Below are positions 5,554 to 5,733 of a stretch of 5,733 nucleotides of DNA, piece after piece. Each line of letters starts with the position of its first letter. Within the stretch, counting starts at the first letter, position 1. The stretch comes from a virus. Position numbers and translations under genes: made by a program. The notes beneath the pieces were generated by a model. That model was not told where the DNA came from. It saw nothing but the letters and a program-made list of their open reading frames with translations, and did not search any database. Location of the stretch: the IMG/VR virus record IMGVR_UViG_3300045988_046501, positions 1-5,733 of that record; one strand, written 5' to 3'.

Positions 5554-5721
5554 CTAGTCCTGCAAGCCCATTGTTTCTGCATACATGTTGATAGCGTCCC
5601 GGATTATATCACTTTCGGTATATCGTGTATTTTCCAGAGTACATGCCTTGATGTGTTCTAGTGATTTGATTTCTTTCTCTGTTAGGTTGATGTTTATTCG
5701 TTTGACTATTTGACTTCTCAT
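5554..5721 (-). CDS. Ribbon-helix-helix (CopG/Arc/MetJ-type) DNA-binding protein, 55 aa. It is not in the ORF track and is intact only across the circular junction.
   Basis: My hand translation gives MRSQIVKRININLTEKEIKSLEHIKACTLENTRYTESDIIRDAINMYAETMGLQD*. The layout is a classic RHH: a basic N-terminal beta-strand with alternating polar residues (KRININL), helix A (TEKEIKSLEHIKA), a turn, then helix B (ESDIIRDAINMY). AGGAGG lies 6 nt before the ATG at 5721, and the TAG stop is at 5556->5554. Confidence 0.65.
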   Translation of the reverse strand: MRSQIVKRININLTEKEIKSLEHIKACTLENTRYTESDIIRDAINMYAETMGLQD

Positions 5722-5733
5722 GTTGTTCCTCCT
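5593..5733. repeat. Second copy of the 141-nt terminal redundancy
   Basis: Identical to 1-141. Confidence 0.95.

Noticed and set aside
390-5661. All plus-strand ORFs in the track, for example 3196..3678 (160 aa), 1810..2199 (129 aa), 4528..4890 (120 aa) and 1438..1764 (108 aa).
   Set aside because: Each is antisense to a well-supported minus-strand gene and lacks an SD. They translate to Cys/Phe/Leu/Ser-rich sequence, as expected from reading the T-rich complement of coding DNA. None carries a recognisable motif.
1-5733. tRNA, rRNA, CRISPR arrays, transposase or IS ends.
   Set aside because: There are no repeat-spacer periodicity, no cloverleaf-capable segments in the short non-coding regions, and no transposase-like ORFs. 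The window is fully accounted for by the phage genome.

Overview
The window is one complete circular ssDNA phage genome of the family Microviridae, Gokushovirinae-like by its protein motifs, shown as the reverse complement of its coding strand. Bases 1-141 are identical to 5593-5733, so the linear record wraps around a circle of about 5,592 nt. All supportable genes lie on the minus strand, and each has a Shine-Dalgarno site. In transcription order they are: a perfect consensus promoter (198->170); a 55-aa ribbon-helix-helix (RHH) protein that spans the wrap point and is missing from the ORF track; a perfect 17-bp inverted repeat; the replication initiator VP4; a cluster of three GC-rich hairpins that includes an intrinsic terminator and an overlapping extended -10 promoter; an M15-family zinc peptidoglycan peptidase; a 39-aa basic J/ORF8-like protein, also missing from the ORF track; a VP5-like protein; the VP3 scaffold; the VP1 major capsid; and the VP2 pilot protein. 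The core is ordinary microvirus. The unusual parts are a CopG-Rep-like module (small RHH regulator plus rolling-circle Rep behind a consensus promoter, as in pMV158-type plasmids), the structured DNA on either side of Rep, and an enzymatic cell-wall hydrolase with no holin or signal peptide. All family assignments rest on motif recognition by eye. No searches were run.
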